Shown piece after piece: positions 1 through 7,963 of a stretch of DNA of 29,429 bases. Numbering within the stretch: position 1 is the stretch's first letter; every line of letters starts with the position of its first letter. A program made the position numbers and the translations under genes. Source of the DNA: a bacterium (GTDB lineage: Bacteria; Zixibacteria; MSB-5A5; GN15; FEB-12); assembly GCA_043811375.1 (NCBI GenBank), contig JBDRNJ010000062.1:1-29429 (forward strand), read 5' to 3'. The notes beneath the pieces are model-generated. The model saw only the letters and a program-made list of their open reading frames with translations, was not told where the DNA came from and ran no database searches.

Positions 1-172
1 TGAAAGGATAGTATACACTCAGGTAATTGAACTGAACCAAAGACTCAGGGAAAACCACATAACTCAATTTACACAATAATCCTTGCACTACCTTGTATAG
101 CAGTGATGTGGAAATTCGCAATGAAATCGATAAATGCCGCATCAGCAGCGACATCAAGGCGCGTCGAGGGAC

Positions 173-508
173 TCAGCCTTTGAAAAGCAGAACCAGTGAA
201 CAAGCGGTAACCGTCACCGGCAATAACATGAAAAACGAATAAGGCATAAAAAAGCTGCCCAGAAAGGCCAGCGCTACCGCCGGCAATACCAGGTATCTGG
301 CCGTGGCAAAACCGATTTTGGCCAACCGTGATACCACCACCAGGATCAACGCGGCTGCCACGATATAGGCGGCAATCAGGCCGTTAGATCCAAAGTGCTC
401 AATGATCACGGCCTTGACTGACCCGAAAACACCTGAGTATTGGTCCATTTGCTCAGAGACCTGCTCGGTGATTCGACCGGCTTGATTTAGCAGCGTCAGT
501 TTAGACAT
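173..508 (-). CDS. small hypothetical membrane protein (~111 aa, about 3 hydrophobic segments)
   Basis: ORF track 173..523; likelier ATG at 508 overlaps the end of the upstream ORF (GATGTCTAA). Hydrophobic stretches GLIAAYIVAAALILVVV, YLVLPAVALAFLGSFFM, FFMLLPVTVTACSLVLLF. Confidence 0.75.
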   Translation of the reverse strand: MSKLTLLNQAGRITEQVSEQMDQYSGVFGSVKAVIIEHFGSNGLIAAYIVAAALILVVVSRLAKIGFATARYLVLPAVALAFLGSFFMPYSFFMLLPVTVTACSLVLLFKG

Positions 509-728
509 CTTCCATCTCATCAACCGGTTCGATGGTCAGGGATGATTCTCCCACCCGATCAAGACCGACCATCCGCCCGGTGAGAAAGTTCCTGGAGGTG
601 ATCCACTGGTGAGAGACCTCAAGAATCTCAGACTGATCCATCTCGGATTCCCAGAGTAAAACAACCTGATCAATACTTCTTTCGTCGACGACCAGGTCAT
701 CCATTGTGAGAACAAACTTGACTTTCAT
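501..728 (-). CDS. small acidic hypothetical protein (75 aa)
   Basis: ATG at 728 (MKVKFVLTMDD...) lies downstream of the sigma54 site at 787-802, which makes the track start at 803 unlikely. Overlaps the start of the next gene. Confidence 0.7.
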   Translation of the reverse strand: MKVKFVLTMDDLVVDERSIDQVVLLWESEMDQSEILEVSHQWITSRNFLTGRMVGLDRVGESSLTIEPVDEMEDV

Positions 729-786
729 ACCCAAACCATCCCGTGGTGTCTCAAGTTGCAATTCACTATTGTTCTGTCCACGGAGA

Positions 787-802
787 TGCAAGCATAATGC
801 CA
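787..802 (-). promoter_or_regulatory. sigma54 (-24/-12) promoter for the 728..501 / 508..173 operon
   Basis: Minus strand reads TGGCATTATGCTTGCA: GG-N10-GC, close to consensus TGGCAC-N5-TTGCA. Confidence 0.8.
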
Positions 803-939
803 CTGTGGGTGGGGTTCTTGTGTTTGTCGGGTAACTTGTTGTATGATTGGAGCTTACAGGACAATGCCGGGGGTGGAACAGCCTGCCTCAGACATTGACC
901 CGGCGAGATAGTATTGGGTTACCCCCCCATTATGTGGGG

Positions 940-978
940 TAAGATAATTACCGGCGACAAGTTATGCCGCCGGTAATT
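940..978 (-). terminator. probable intrinsic terminator of the 1410->940 transcript
   Basis: 11-bp perfect inverted repeat AATTACCGGCG (946-956) / CGCCGGTAATT (968-978), extendable with a G-U pair on the minus strand. The U-tail is weak (AUUAUCUU). Confidence 0.5.
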
Positions 979-979
979 C

Positions 980-1260
980 GTACTACGGATTTCGATTGTT
1001 CGTTTTGAAACCCCCGGGTAGATCCCCGGTTCCGGATGGCCTTTGACACCGGATGATAGATGAGCGTACTCGTGGTGTCCGTATCAGGAGGGCTCCTGAC
1101 GGGGTCTTTCCGTGACCCTCAGGTCGTACCGGAGCGGACAAGACCGCCCAGGTGCTTCAAGTCGTGTGCGTTGGTCTTACGCTTTCCTCGTTCAAGTGAC
1201 CCAATCAGTCGGATGCCCGATTCCTGACGGGTCGTCTCATTACATAGGCAAACCCTCCTT
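980..1260 (-). ncRNA. candidate structured non-coding RNA (family not recognised)
   Basis: Series of stems: 1045-50/1074-79, 1084-89/1094-99, 1102-06/1114-18, 1134-37/1144-47, 1168-71/1179-82, 1198-1202/1229-33. No credible long ORF. Flanked by a sigma70-like promoter and a terminator-like hairpin. Confidence 0.45.
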
Positions 1261-1262
1261 CG

Positions 1263-1412
1263 TCAAAATACGCCCCCTGTCCAACGGGAAGGGGTCGTCT
1301 GCATGGAACTCTGCTGTCCAGCATAAAAAGCCATCAAAAAGCCAATGATGAGGAAGAGTACAAAAAAAATACTAAATGCTCTCGAGGAGAGACCGGTGGG
1401 GGCCAGCCTCAT
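1263..1412 (-). CDS. possible 49-aa single-pass membrane peptide (not in ORF track)
   Basis: Hand translation MRLAPTGLSSRAFSIFFVLFLIIGFLMAFYAGQQSSMQTTPSRWTGGVF*. ATG lies 4 nt after the -10 box with no SD. Confidence 0.3.
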   Translation of the reverse strand: MRLAPTGLSSRAFSIFFVLFLIIGFLMAFYAGQQSSMQTTPSRWTGGVF

Positions 1413-1416
1413 TATG

Positions 1417-1446
1417 AATATACCCTGCAGAGGTTGTTTTTGTCAA
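1417..1446 (-). promoter_or_regulatory. sigma70-type promoter, divergent from fumC
   Basis: Minus strand TTGACA (1446-1441) - 18 nt - TATATT (1422-1417). Confidence 0.6.
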
Positions 1447-1593
1447 GTGAAAAAATGCTCACGCGCTCACTTTTTCGGAAGATACATCCGGCTGCACTTG
1501 CACCCGGCGGCATAAATAGTATATTGGCGGGCCTGTCAATGCCAAGGCAGTTATGTCGACTATAAATGATTACGTCACCCTATGGGAGGTGCT

Positions 1594-2985
1594 ATGAGTT
1601 ATCGCACTGAAACCGACTCTATGGGACAAATCCAGGTCCCGACTGACAGATACTACGGTGCCCAGACGGCCCGTTCTCTGAAAAACTTTCGTATCGGCAG
1701 CGAACGGATGCCGCGCGAATTGATCCGCGCTATGGGAATTCTCAAGAAGGCGGCGGCTATGGTCAATATGGATCTGGGCACACTCCCCCCGGAAAAAAGC
1801 GAATTGATCGTCAAGGCGGCCGACGAAGTGATCGAAGGCAAGCTGGACGATCATTTCCCGCTGGTGGTCTGGCAAACCGGCTCCGGCACCCAGACCAACA
1901 TGAACACCAACGAGGTCATCTCCAACCGGGCCATCGAAATCTCCGGCGGTGAACTGGGATCAAAAAAGCCAATCCATCCCAATGATGACGTCAACAAGGC
2001 CCAGTCATCCAACGACACTTTCCCCACTGCTATGCACATCGCCGCCGTGGAGGAAATCCATCGGCGGTTGATCCCGATGATTACCCTGCTCAGGGATACG
2101 CTACATGAGAAATCAAAAGCGTTTGACCAGGTTATCAAGATCGGGCGCACTCACCTGATGGATGCCGTGCCGCTCACTCTCGGTCAGGAATTCTCAGGCT
2201 ATGTAGCTGCCCTGACGCTCGGTCTGGAGCGCATTGACGACACCCTCAAACGCCTCTATCCCCTGGCGCTGGGCGGCACAGCCGTCGGCACCGGCCTGAA
2301 CACCCACCCGGAGTTTGCCGACAAGGCAGCCGCCACTATTGCTAAATTGACTGGTCAGCCGTTCGTTTCCGCTCCCAACAAGTTCGAGGCGCTGGCAACT
2401 CATGATGCCGTCGTCGAAGCGTCGGGCGTCATGAAGACCCTGGCCTGTTCTCTGATGAAAATCGCCAACGACATCCGCTGGCTGGCTTCCGGCCCGCGCT
2501 GTGGTCTGGGCGAACTGAGTCTTCCTGCCAACGAACCGGGATCATCTATCATGCCCGGCAAAGTCAACCCGACCCAGTCGGAGGCGATGACGATGGTTTG
2601 CACCCAGGTGATCGGCAACGATGTCGCCGTCAACGTGGGCGGCGCCTCGGGCAATTTCGAGCTGAACGTCTTCAAGCCGGTTATGATCTACAACCTGCTG
2701 CAGTCGATTCGTCTACTGGCCGACTCCTGTGAGATGTTTAATGAAAACTGCGCCGTAGGTATCGAACCGAACCGGGCCAATATCGACAAGCACCTGACAA
2801 ATTCCCTGATGCTGGTAACGGCCCTCAACCCGCATATCGGTTATGACAACGCCGCCAAAATCGCCAAAAAGGCCCATACTGAAGGCACTACACTGAAAGA
2901 AGCGGCGGTGGCGCTGGGTATTCTGACCGAGGAGAAGTTCGACGAGATCGTCCGTCCGGAAAAGATGACTGGACCGAAGGCGTAG
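1594..2985 (+). CDS. fumC: class II fumarate hydratase
   Basis: [11 protein letters not shown] signature, [19 protein letters not shown] and [10 protein letters not shown] motifs. SD GGAGGT precedes ATG 1594. Confidence 0.97.
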   Translation: MSYRTETDSMGQIQVPTDRYYGAQTARSLKNFRIGSERMPRELIRAMGILKKAAAMVNMDLGTLPPEKSELIVKAADEVIEGKLDDHFPLVVWQTGSGTQTNMNTNEVISNRAIEISGGELGSKKPIHPNDDVNKAQSSNDTFPTAMHIAAVEEIHRRLIPMITLLRDTLHEKSKAFDQVIKIGRTHLMDAVPLTLGQEFSGYVAALTLGLERIDDTLKRLYPLALGGTAVGTGLNTHPEFADKAAATIAKLTGQPFVSAPNKFEALATHDAVVEASGVMKTLACSLMKIANDIRWLASGPRCGLGELSLPANEPGSSIMPGKVNPTQSEAMTMVCTQVIGNDVAVNVGGASGNFELNVFKPVMIYNLLQSIRLLADSCEMFNENCAVGIEPNRANIDKHLTNSLMLVTALNPHIGYDNAAKIAKKAHTEGTTLKEAAVALGILTEEKFDEIVRPEKMTGPKA

Positions 2986-3079
2986 ACAATCTGCGAGGCA
3001 GAGGTCTCATTCAAACCGTGCGTTGAATAGCAGCGAGAACTGCCAACAGTGGTGATGCTCGCAGGAATGGAGGATCAGA

Positions 3080-3547
3080 GTGTTAACCCACCTTGACCCA
3101 AAGGATAATCGGGAGTTCTTCGACATCATTACGGCGTCTAACAGCGTAATGGATGAATGGAACAACATCAACAATGAGTTGAGCATGCATACAAGCGGTC
3201 CATTCTATTCATGGAACCGTAAACGAGAACTGAAGAAACTAGCGAAGCGATTCGGCGATCTGCAGAGGCAGTGGCTTGAGGACCAGAAAGCTGCGATCCG
3301 GTTTGCTGTGAATCCACAGTTCACATTTCCTGCCGACACAGACTCCAGTGTGGCATTTAACCTTAACCATCGGTTGCTCTTAGACAGAGTGAACCAGTTG
3401 CGCTCGGATATGATCGTACTGACGACGAACTTCAACATACGTATGGCAGAAGTTGAACATTCCCGTGATTTCACTATTGCTATCGTGTCTGCCGCCATGG
3501 GTTTCGCTGGGTTAGCAATGAGTCTGCTGTATATCTTCTTAATGTAG
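3080..3547 (+). CDS. hypothetical helical protein with C-terminal transmembrane anchor
   Basis: GTG start after GGAGG; 155 aa; hydrophobic C-terminus FTIAIVSAAMGFAGLAMSLLYIFLM; lower GC than neighbours. Confidence 0.7.
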   Translation: MLTHLDPKDNREFFDIITASNSVMDEWNNINNELSMHTSGPFYSWNRKRELKKLAKRFGDLQRQWLEDQKAAIRFAVNPQFTFPADTDSSVAFNLNHRLLLDRVNQLRSDMIVLTTNFNIRMAEVEHSRDFTIAIVSAAMGFAGLAMSLLYIFLM

Positions 3548-3615
3548 TGGTTGTCAACACGTAACCGCTATTCGCGTATCACAAACGCCTGACACTTGCC
3601 CATCCCACTATCCCC

Positions 3616-3645
3616 TTGACAGGCAGCGATTTTGTTGTTTATTGT
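3616..3645 (+). promoter_or_regulatory. sigma70-type promoter of the propeller-dockerin gene
   Basis: TTGACA (3616-3621) - 18 nt - TATTGT (3640-3645); strong SD AAGGAGGA before ATG 3718. Confidence 0.5.
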
Positions 3646-3717
3646 GGAGTGTGCGGGACGGTAGCCGGTCATATCAGATCGCCCGTCGATTACACATCTT
3701 AAGGAGGATGACCTACC

Positions 3718-4899
3718 ATGACTCCGCGACAGTTTTTAATGCTTCTTGCGATGGTTGCCATTATTGGTTCGGCAAGTTCAGCCAATGCTCAGCTATACGT
3801 TTTCAACGGTACCGAATCGCAGGTGACAACCGACTCCGCCGATCAGTTTGATCCACATGTCTCATCGCAGTTGATCGTATACTCGGATCGACGCGGTGCC
3901 GATGCTGATATCTACGCCTGGGATCTGGTCGCCGATTCTGAAATCCAGATCACTTCCGGTGGCGGTGACCAGTTCTTTAACGATGTCTGGGAACACCGTG
4001 TTGTCTACACCGACTTCGGCAGCGGCCAGGCGGATATCTACCTGTATAAGAGCGTCACTCAGCCACAAGTGCAACTGACCAATGATCCGGCCAACCAGCG
4101 CAACCCCGCTATCGACGGCGAATATGTTGTCTACGAGGATGACCGCAACGGCAATTACGACATTTACCTGGTTGACATCACGACTCTTGGGGAGACCCGC
4201 ATTACTACCGACACCAACCACCAGCGCAACCCGGCTATAAACGGCGATATTATTATCTGGGAGGACTACCGCAGCGGCAACGCCGATATTTATGCCTATG
4301 ATATCGGCGGCGACAGCATTTGGGCGGTAACAAACGACCCGGCCCAGGATCGCGAACCGGATATTGATGGTGACATTATTGTATTCGGTTCCAACCGCAG
4401 CTCTCTGGGAGATATCTACTGCTACCAGATAAGCGCCGGGACCACCTTTGCGGTTACATCCGGAACTGACTATGAACGCAACCCAGCGGTTTCAGGTGAC
4501 TTCGTCGCCTACGAGAGTTACGCCGGGGGGGATGCCGATATTTATCTGTACAGCATTCCCTTGATGATTTCAGAACAGGTCACACTTGACTCGGACGAGC
4601 AGTACTTGCACGACCTGTATGACAACCGTATCGCATACACAGACAATCGCAACGACAATCTCGACATCTATGAGTTCGTGTTCCAGTTCGAGGGCTACAT
4701 CTGCGGTGACGTCGATGGCAGCGGGGGTAACCCCGATGTCGGTGACTTGACCTACCTGGTGGCTTACCTGTTTCAAAGCGGACCACCACCACCGGTTCTC
4801 AAAGCAGCCAACGTCGACGGCAGCACCACTATCGACGTTGGTGACCTGACCTACCTGGTCGCCTACCTGTTCCAGGGTGGACCGCCACCGGTTTGTTAA
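3718..4899 (+). CDS. secreted 7-bladed beta-propeller (TolB-like / Methanosarcina surface-protein type repeats) with C-terminal dockerin-like domain
   Basis: Signal peptide ending ANA-Q; seven ~42-aa repeats (QxxPAIDGxxVVYxDxRxGNxDIY); duplicated GDVDGS..DVGDLTYLVAYLF..GPPP tail. Confidence 0.88.
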   Translation: MTPRQFLMLLAMVAIIGSASSANAQLYVFNGTESQVTTDSADQFDPHVSSQLIVYSDRRGADADIYAWDLVADSEIQITSGGGDQFFNDVWEHRVVYTDFGSGQADIYLYKSVTQPQVQLTNDPANQRNPAIDGEYVVYEDDRNGNYDIYLVDITTLGETRITTDTNHQRNPAINGDIIIWEDYRSGNADIYAYDIGGDSIWAVTNDPAQDREPDIDGDIIVFGSNRSSLGDIYCYQISAGTTFAVTSGTDYERNPAVSGDFVAYESYAGGDADIYLYSIPLMISEQVTLDSDEQYLHDLYDNRIAYTDNRNDNLDIYEFVFQFEGYICGDVDGSGGNPDVGDLTYLVAYLFQSGPPPPVLKAANVDGSTTIDVGDLTYLVAYLFQGGPPPVC

Positions 4900-4934
4900 C
4901 GACCTTCCGGCACCTCCGTGGGTCAATGTTATTA

Positions 4935-4963
4935 TTGACAACAGCGACCAATTCGGCTATCTT
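4935..4963 (+). promoter_or_regulatory. sigma70-type promoter of the second dockerin gene, overlapped by a palindrome
   Basis: TTGACA (4935-4940) - 17 nt - TATCTT (4958-4963); GTCAAT-N6-ATTGAC at 4922-4939. Confidence 0.55.
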
Positions 4964-5074
4964 AATGTTGACACCGGCAGAATGGTGCACCTCTCCCCCA
5001 CGGCGTTGACGACAACCGCCAACCGAGCGCCGAGCGATGCTCTGAGGAGAAAGTTCAAGCAGGTGGAGGTCGGT

Positions 5075-6325
5075 ATGAAGTTCAGGATCATTATTGCAGC
5101 CGCCGTTATGACAGTAGCGGCCACAATGGGCAGTGCTGAGAGTGCGGCGGTGCCCGTCTGGGATACCATAAGCACTAACTGTACCAGGCTGATCGTCAGT
5201 AACACCGGCAACTTCGGTATGCAGGGAATCGGCGGCGTTAACATGGATTACGTTGACGCCGGTGACTGCGACCCCACCGCAAATGTCTATCTGTATGACG
5301 GCTCGATTGTGATCGGCTATGTCCGCAACGGCAACGACACCGTGGTCAATTTCTCGATCTTCGGTACCGGCCCGGCCGATTCCAATGGCTTTGTGCCGGT
5401 GGGGGAACACACACCGACGACCGATTACGGTGACTACGAACTGTTTCAGACCGGCAAATTCGTCACCCACGACTCCCTGATCGCCATCGAGATTGACTGG
5501 TATGCCCCACGCAACAACCCCGACACCTGCAGCTTCATGGTGCAACTGATCACGGTTTACCTCAATGACACCACGCAACCGCCGCCTACCGGTATCCGCA
5601 TTGGGGAAGTGGTTGACTTCAATATCCCGGCTGATACCGGCTACCGCAACCACAGCGGCTTTGATTACCCACACAACCTGGTCTATCAACAGGGGTCAGA
5701 GGAAGACGGCATCGGCTGCCAACCGAATGACCTTCGCTATGGCGGCATCGTCTTTGCACTAACCATACGTCTGGGCATCTGCGGTCCCGCAATCGTGACA
5801 GATTTCCCCCACGGCGGTTACACTCGGGACAATGCCAGTTGCATTGATCTGGCCGGAGATTACATCGAGGACTCTCTGTACAGATACATGGCCAATAGTG
5901 GCTACAACATATCCGATTCCGTCAACGGTGACCTGCACACTGTGATGACTTTCGACACCTTGGAAATGCTGCGACCGGAAGACACCATTATCTGCCTGGT
6001 GGGACTGGTGACCGCGGAAAATGGGAACTTGTCCGTCTTCCTGAACGATGTGGAGGAGTACTATGACTGGCTTGGGGATTATATCCTACCGCCGTGCCCG
6101 CAGTGTGGCAAGGTACGCGGCGACGTCGACCACAGTTACAGCATCGACGTCGGTGACCTCACTTATCTTGTGGCATACCTGTTTCAGGGCGGTCCCAGTC
6201 CCGCCTGCGGAGACGAAGGTGATGTTGATGGCTGCGGCAGCATAGACGTAGGTGACCTGACATACTTTGTCGCCTACTTGTTCTCCGGAGGACCGGCGCC
6301 TCCTTCACTGACCTGTTGGTACTAA
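5075..6325 (+). CDS. secreted Cys-containing protein of unknown function with C-terminal dockerin-like domain
   Basis: SD GGAGGT then ATG 5075 (MKFRIIIAAAVMTVAATMGSAESA, signal peptide); C-terminal RGDVDHSYSIDVGDLTYLVAYLF...GDVDGCGSIDVGDLTYFVAYLF. Confidence 0.88.
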   Translation: MKFRIIIAAAVMTVAATMGSAESAAVPVWDTISTNCTRLIVSNTGNFGMQGIGGVNMDYVDAGDCDPTANVYLYDGSIVIGYVRNGNDTVVNFSIFGTGPADSNGFVPVGEHTPTTDYGDYELFQTGKFVTHDSLIAIEIDWYAPRNNPDTCSFMVQLITVYLNDTTQPPPTGIRIGEVVDFNIPADTGYRNHSGFDYPHNLVYQQGSEEDGIGCQPNDLRYGGIVFALTIRLGICGPAIVTDFPHGGYTRDNASCIDLAGDYIEDSLYRYMANSGYNISDSVNGDLHTVMTFDTLEMLRPEDTIICLVGLVTAENGNLSVFLNDVEEYYDWLGDYILPPCPQCGKVRGDVDHSYSIDVGDLTYLVAYLFQGGPSPACGDEGDVDGCGSIDVGDLTYFVAYLFSGGPAPPSLTCWY

Positions 6326-6341
6326 GCTTCTGACCATTGCC

Positions 6342-6419
6342 AGTGGCATAATCGATGTGGGTGACCTGACCTACCTGGTCACTTACTTATTTCAGGGTGG
6401 ACCGCCACCGGTTTGTTGA
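6342..6419 (+). pseudogene. orphan 3' fragment of a dockerin-like coding sequence
   Basis: Reads SGIIDVGDLTYLVTYLFQGGPPPVC* with no start codon. 6351-6422 matches 4831-4902 at 64 of 72 nt. Confidence 0.8.
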
Positions 6420-6454
6420 CGATGGAATCAGAGTAATCGTTGCAGTTGCTGCGC

Positions 6455-7915
6455 CTATTGAATCCCTACCGGCACAAAAAGGAAGGATGAGATTCTCAAT
6501 TCAACGAACGGCACGGTCTTGTTTATTCCCGCCGAGTGATCGAAGTTGCGAATCCACTCCACGCCACCGTTGATATCAAAAAAGAAGTGACCTTGCCAAA
6601 AGCCCTTCAAGCCGACTGCGGTAGTCATCCTTTTCTCAATGGTACCGGTGGGGAATGATTCCTCGTAGTCGCCACTCGTCGATAACCAGGGAGCTGTCCA
6701 CTCGGAGATGACCTGACCCTCACCCTGTCGATAATATCGCCAGTGAAGTGAGGCAGCCGTAGCGCGTGCCAACCAGTGGGTAATCGTCGCTTCGGTCAGA
6801 TCGTAGTCATTGCCCAACGCACCGCCGATGAGCCGGTCGTTGTATGTGTACCGATTACGCTCTTGCACCTGGTTGAAGGTCCAGTTGGTCACCCGGCTGT
6901 GCTCCAACTGAAAATCAAGATTCGGCACTACGTTGACCCAGTGCAGACCGGTCAGGAAAGCGATTTCATCCGGTTCCTCATCGACCTGGGTTTCGCGATC
7001 AATCTGGAAATCATCGACCAGTAACTGTCCGTATAATCTGATTCGCTGCCTCGGTTGCAGACTGAAATCCAGTCCGAGGAAGGTATTGTCATCGATGCCC
7101 TCGTTTAACTGGGTACCGTGATAGAAAAGGATTGGATTGAGATAGAACAGGTCTATCTGACGACCCGGTCCGCCGAAAACGACAGTTTCAAAAAATCCCA
7201 ATTGCAACCAGGTGGCGGCATTAATATCCAGCCGGTGACCGGCCAGGTAGCGGTTTTCGAATTGTTCGCTGCCGTCGCGGTCGGGATTAAGCCCGTCCAG
7301 CCGTGCCAGTCGATAGGACAGCGTTAGTCTCCCCCAACGGAAAGTATACCCAAAGCCGTCCAGCGGCTTTTCTGCTGACAGCACCAGCGAGTTTCGCGGT
7401 CCCCAAAAAGAGGCGAAACGTCCGGCAGTGACAGCCAACGGTCCCGAGCGGTAGAGTAAAAATGCCTGCCGGACATCCCCGGCCAGACCACGCCACTTCT
7501 TGCCCCGGTAGGTGGGGTCCTGGGCGAGTTGTTCATCGAGTGAAAAATCGGCGTACATATACAACCTTCGCGCCGGCATCCCCACCAGCCCACCGCGAAA
7601 TGATTCCCACCCGCGACCGACTTCAGCCCGGGCGGCACGGAAGTTCTCTCCAAAGAAACCGAACAGGTATACCTGCTGCTGATCGAGAGATTTCAGATCA
7701 GCAAACGGCGACCAGGACAAGTCGATATCTTCCAGTGCGTATGGTCCCAGGTGGAAAACCAGCGGCTCATCCCGTTCGACGGCCGTGCGCTCTGCCCGGT
7801 CATAGACAAACTGATATTCCAAATCATTCGGGGGCAGTACACCGGTGGTGGACCCATCGGCAGCCGCCATTGTCAGTATAGCCAGAAAAAGTGTGGTTAA
7901 TGATCTGCAGTTCAT
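6455..7915 (-). CDS. wzi: capsule assembly Wzi-family outer-membrane protein
   Basis: Signal peptide; motifs AGR..FWGP, RYLAGHRLD, LGFFETVVFGG, YLNP, DN..LGLDF, LYGQLLVDD; SD GGAGA; EPS context. Confidence 0.8.
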   Translation of the reverse strand: MNCRSLTTLFLAILTMAAADGSTTGVLPPNDLEYQFVYDRAERTAVERDEPLVFHLGPYALEDIDLSWSPFADLKSLDQQQVYLFGFFGENFRAARAEVGRGWESFRGGLVGMPARRLYMYADFSLDEQLAQDPTYRGKKWRGLAGDVRQAFLLYRSGPLAVTAGRFASFWGPRNSLVLSAEKPLDGFGYTFRWGRLTLSYRLARLDGLNPDRDGSEQFENRYLAGHRLDINAATWLQLGFFETVVFGGPGRQIDLFYLNPILFYHGTQLNEGIDDNTFLGLDFSLQPRQRIRLYGQLLVDDFQIDRETQVDEEPDEIAFLTGLHWVNVVPNLDFQLEHSRVTNWTFNQVQERNRYTYNDRLIGGALGNDYDLTEATITHWLARATAASLHWRYYRQGEGQVISEWTAPWLSTSGDYEESFPTGTIEKRMTTAVGLKGFWQGHFFFDINGGVEWIRNFDHSAGINKTVPFVELRISSFLFVPVGIQ

Positions 7916-7963
7916 ACCAGTCTCCTATTCCGGATAGAACCATGTTGCCGGTGGCGCCGCCCG

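Noticed and set aside
980..1260. tmRNA, RNase P RNA, SRP RNA, 6S RNA or CsrB-like sRNA
   Set aside because: Hallmark sequences not found by eye. GGA count is near chance for this GC content and only one ANGGA sits clearly in a loop.
1112..1348. 78-aa plus-strand ORF
   Set aside because: No recognisable motifs or well-placed SD; antisense to the promoter/terminator-bounded minus-strand unit.
3009..3028. Integron attC-like site before the ORFan (GTTGAAT core)
   Set aside because: The hairpin is far too short for attC, there is no matching site after the gene, and no integrase.
4831..6422. DGR template/variable repeat pair
   Set aside because: Mismatches are not adenine-specific (mostly C/T synonymous) and no reverse transcriptase is present in the window.
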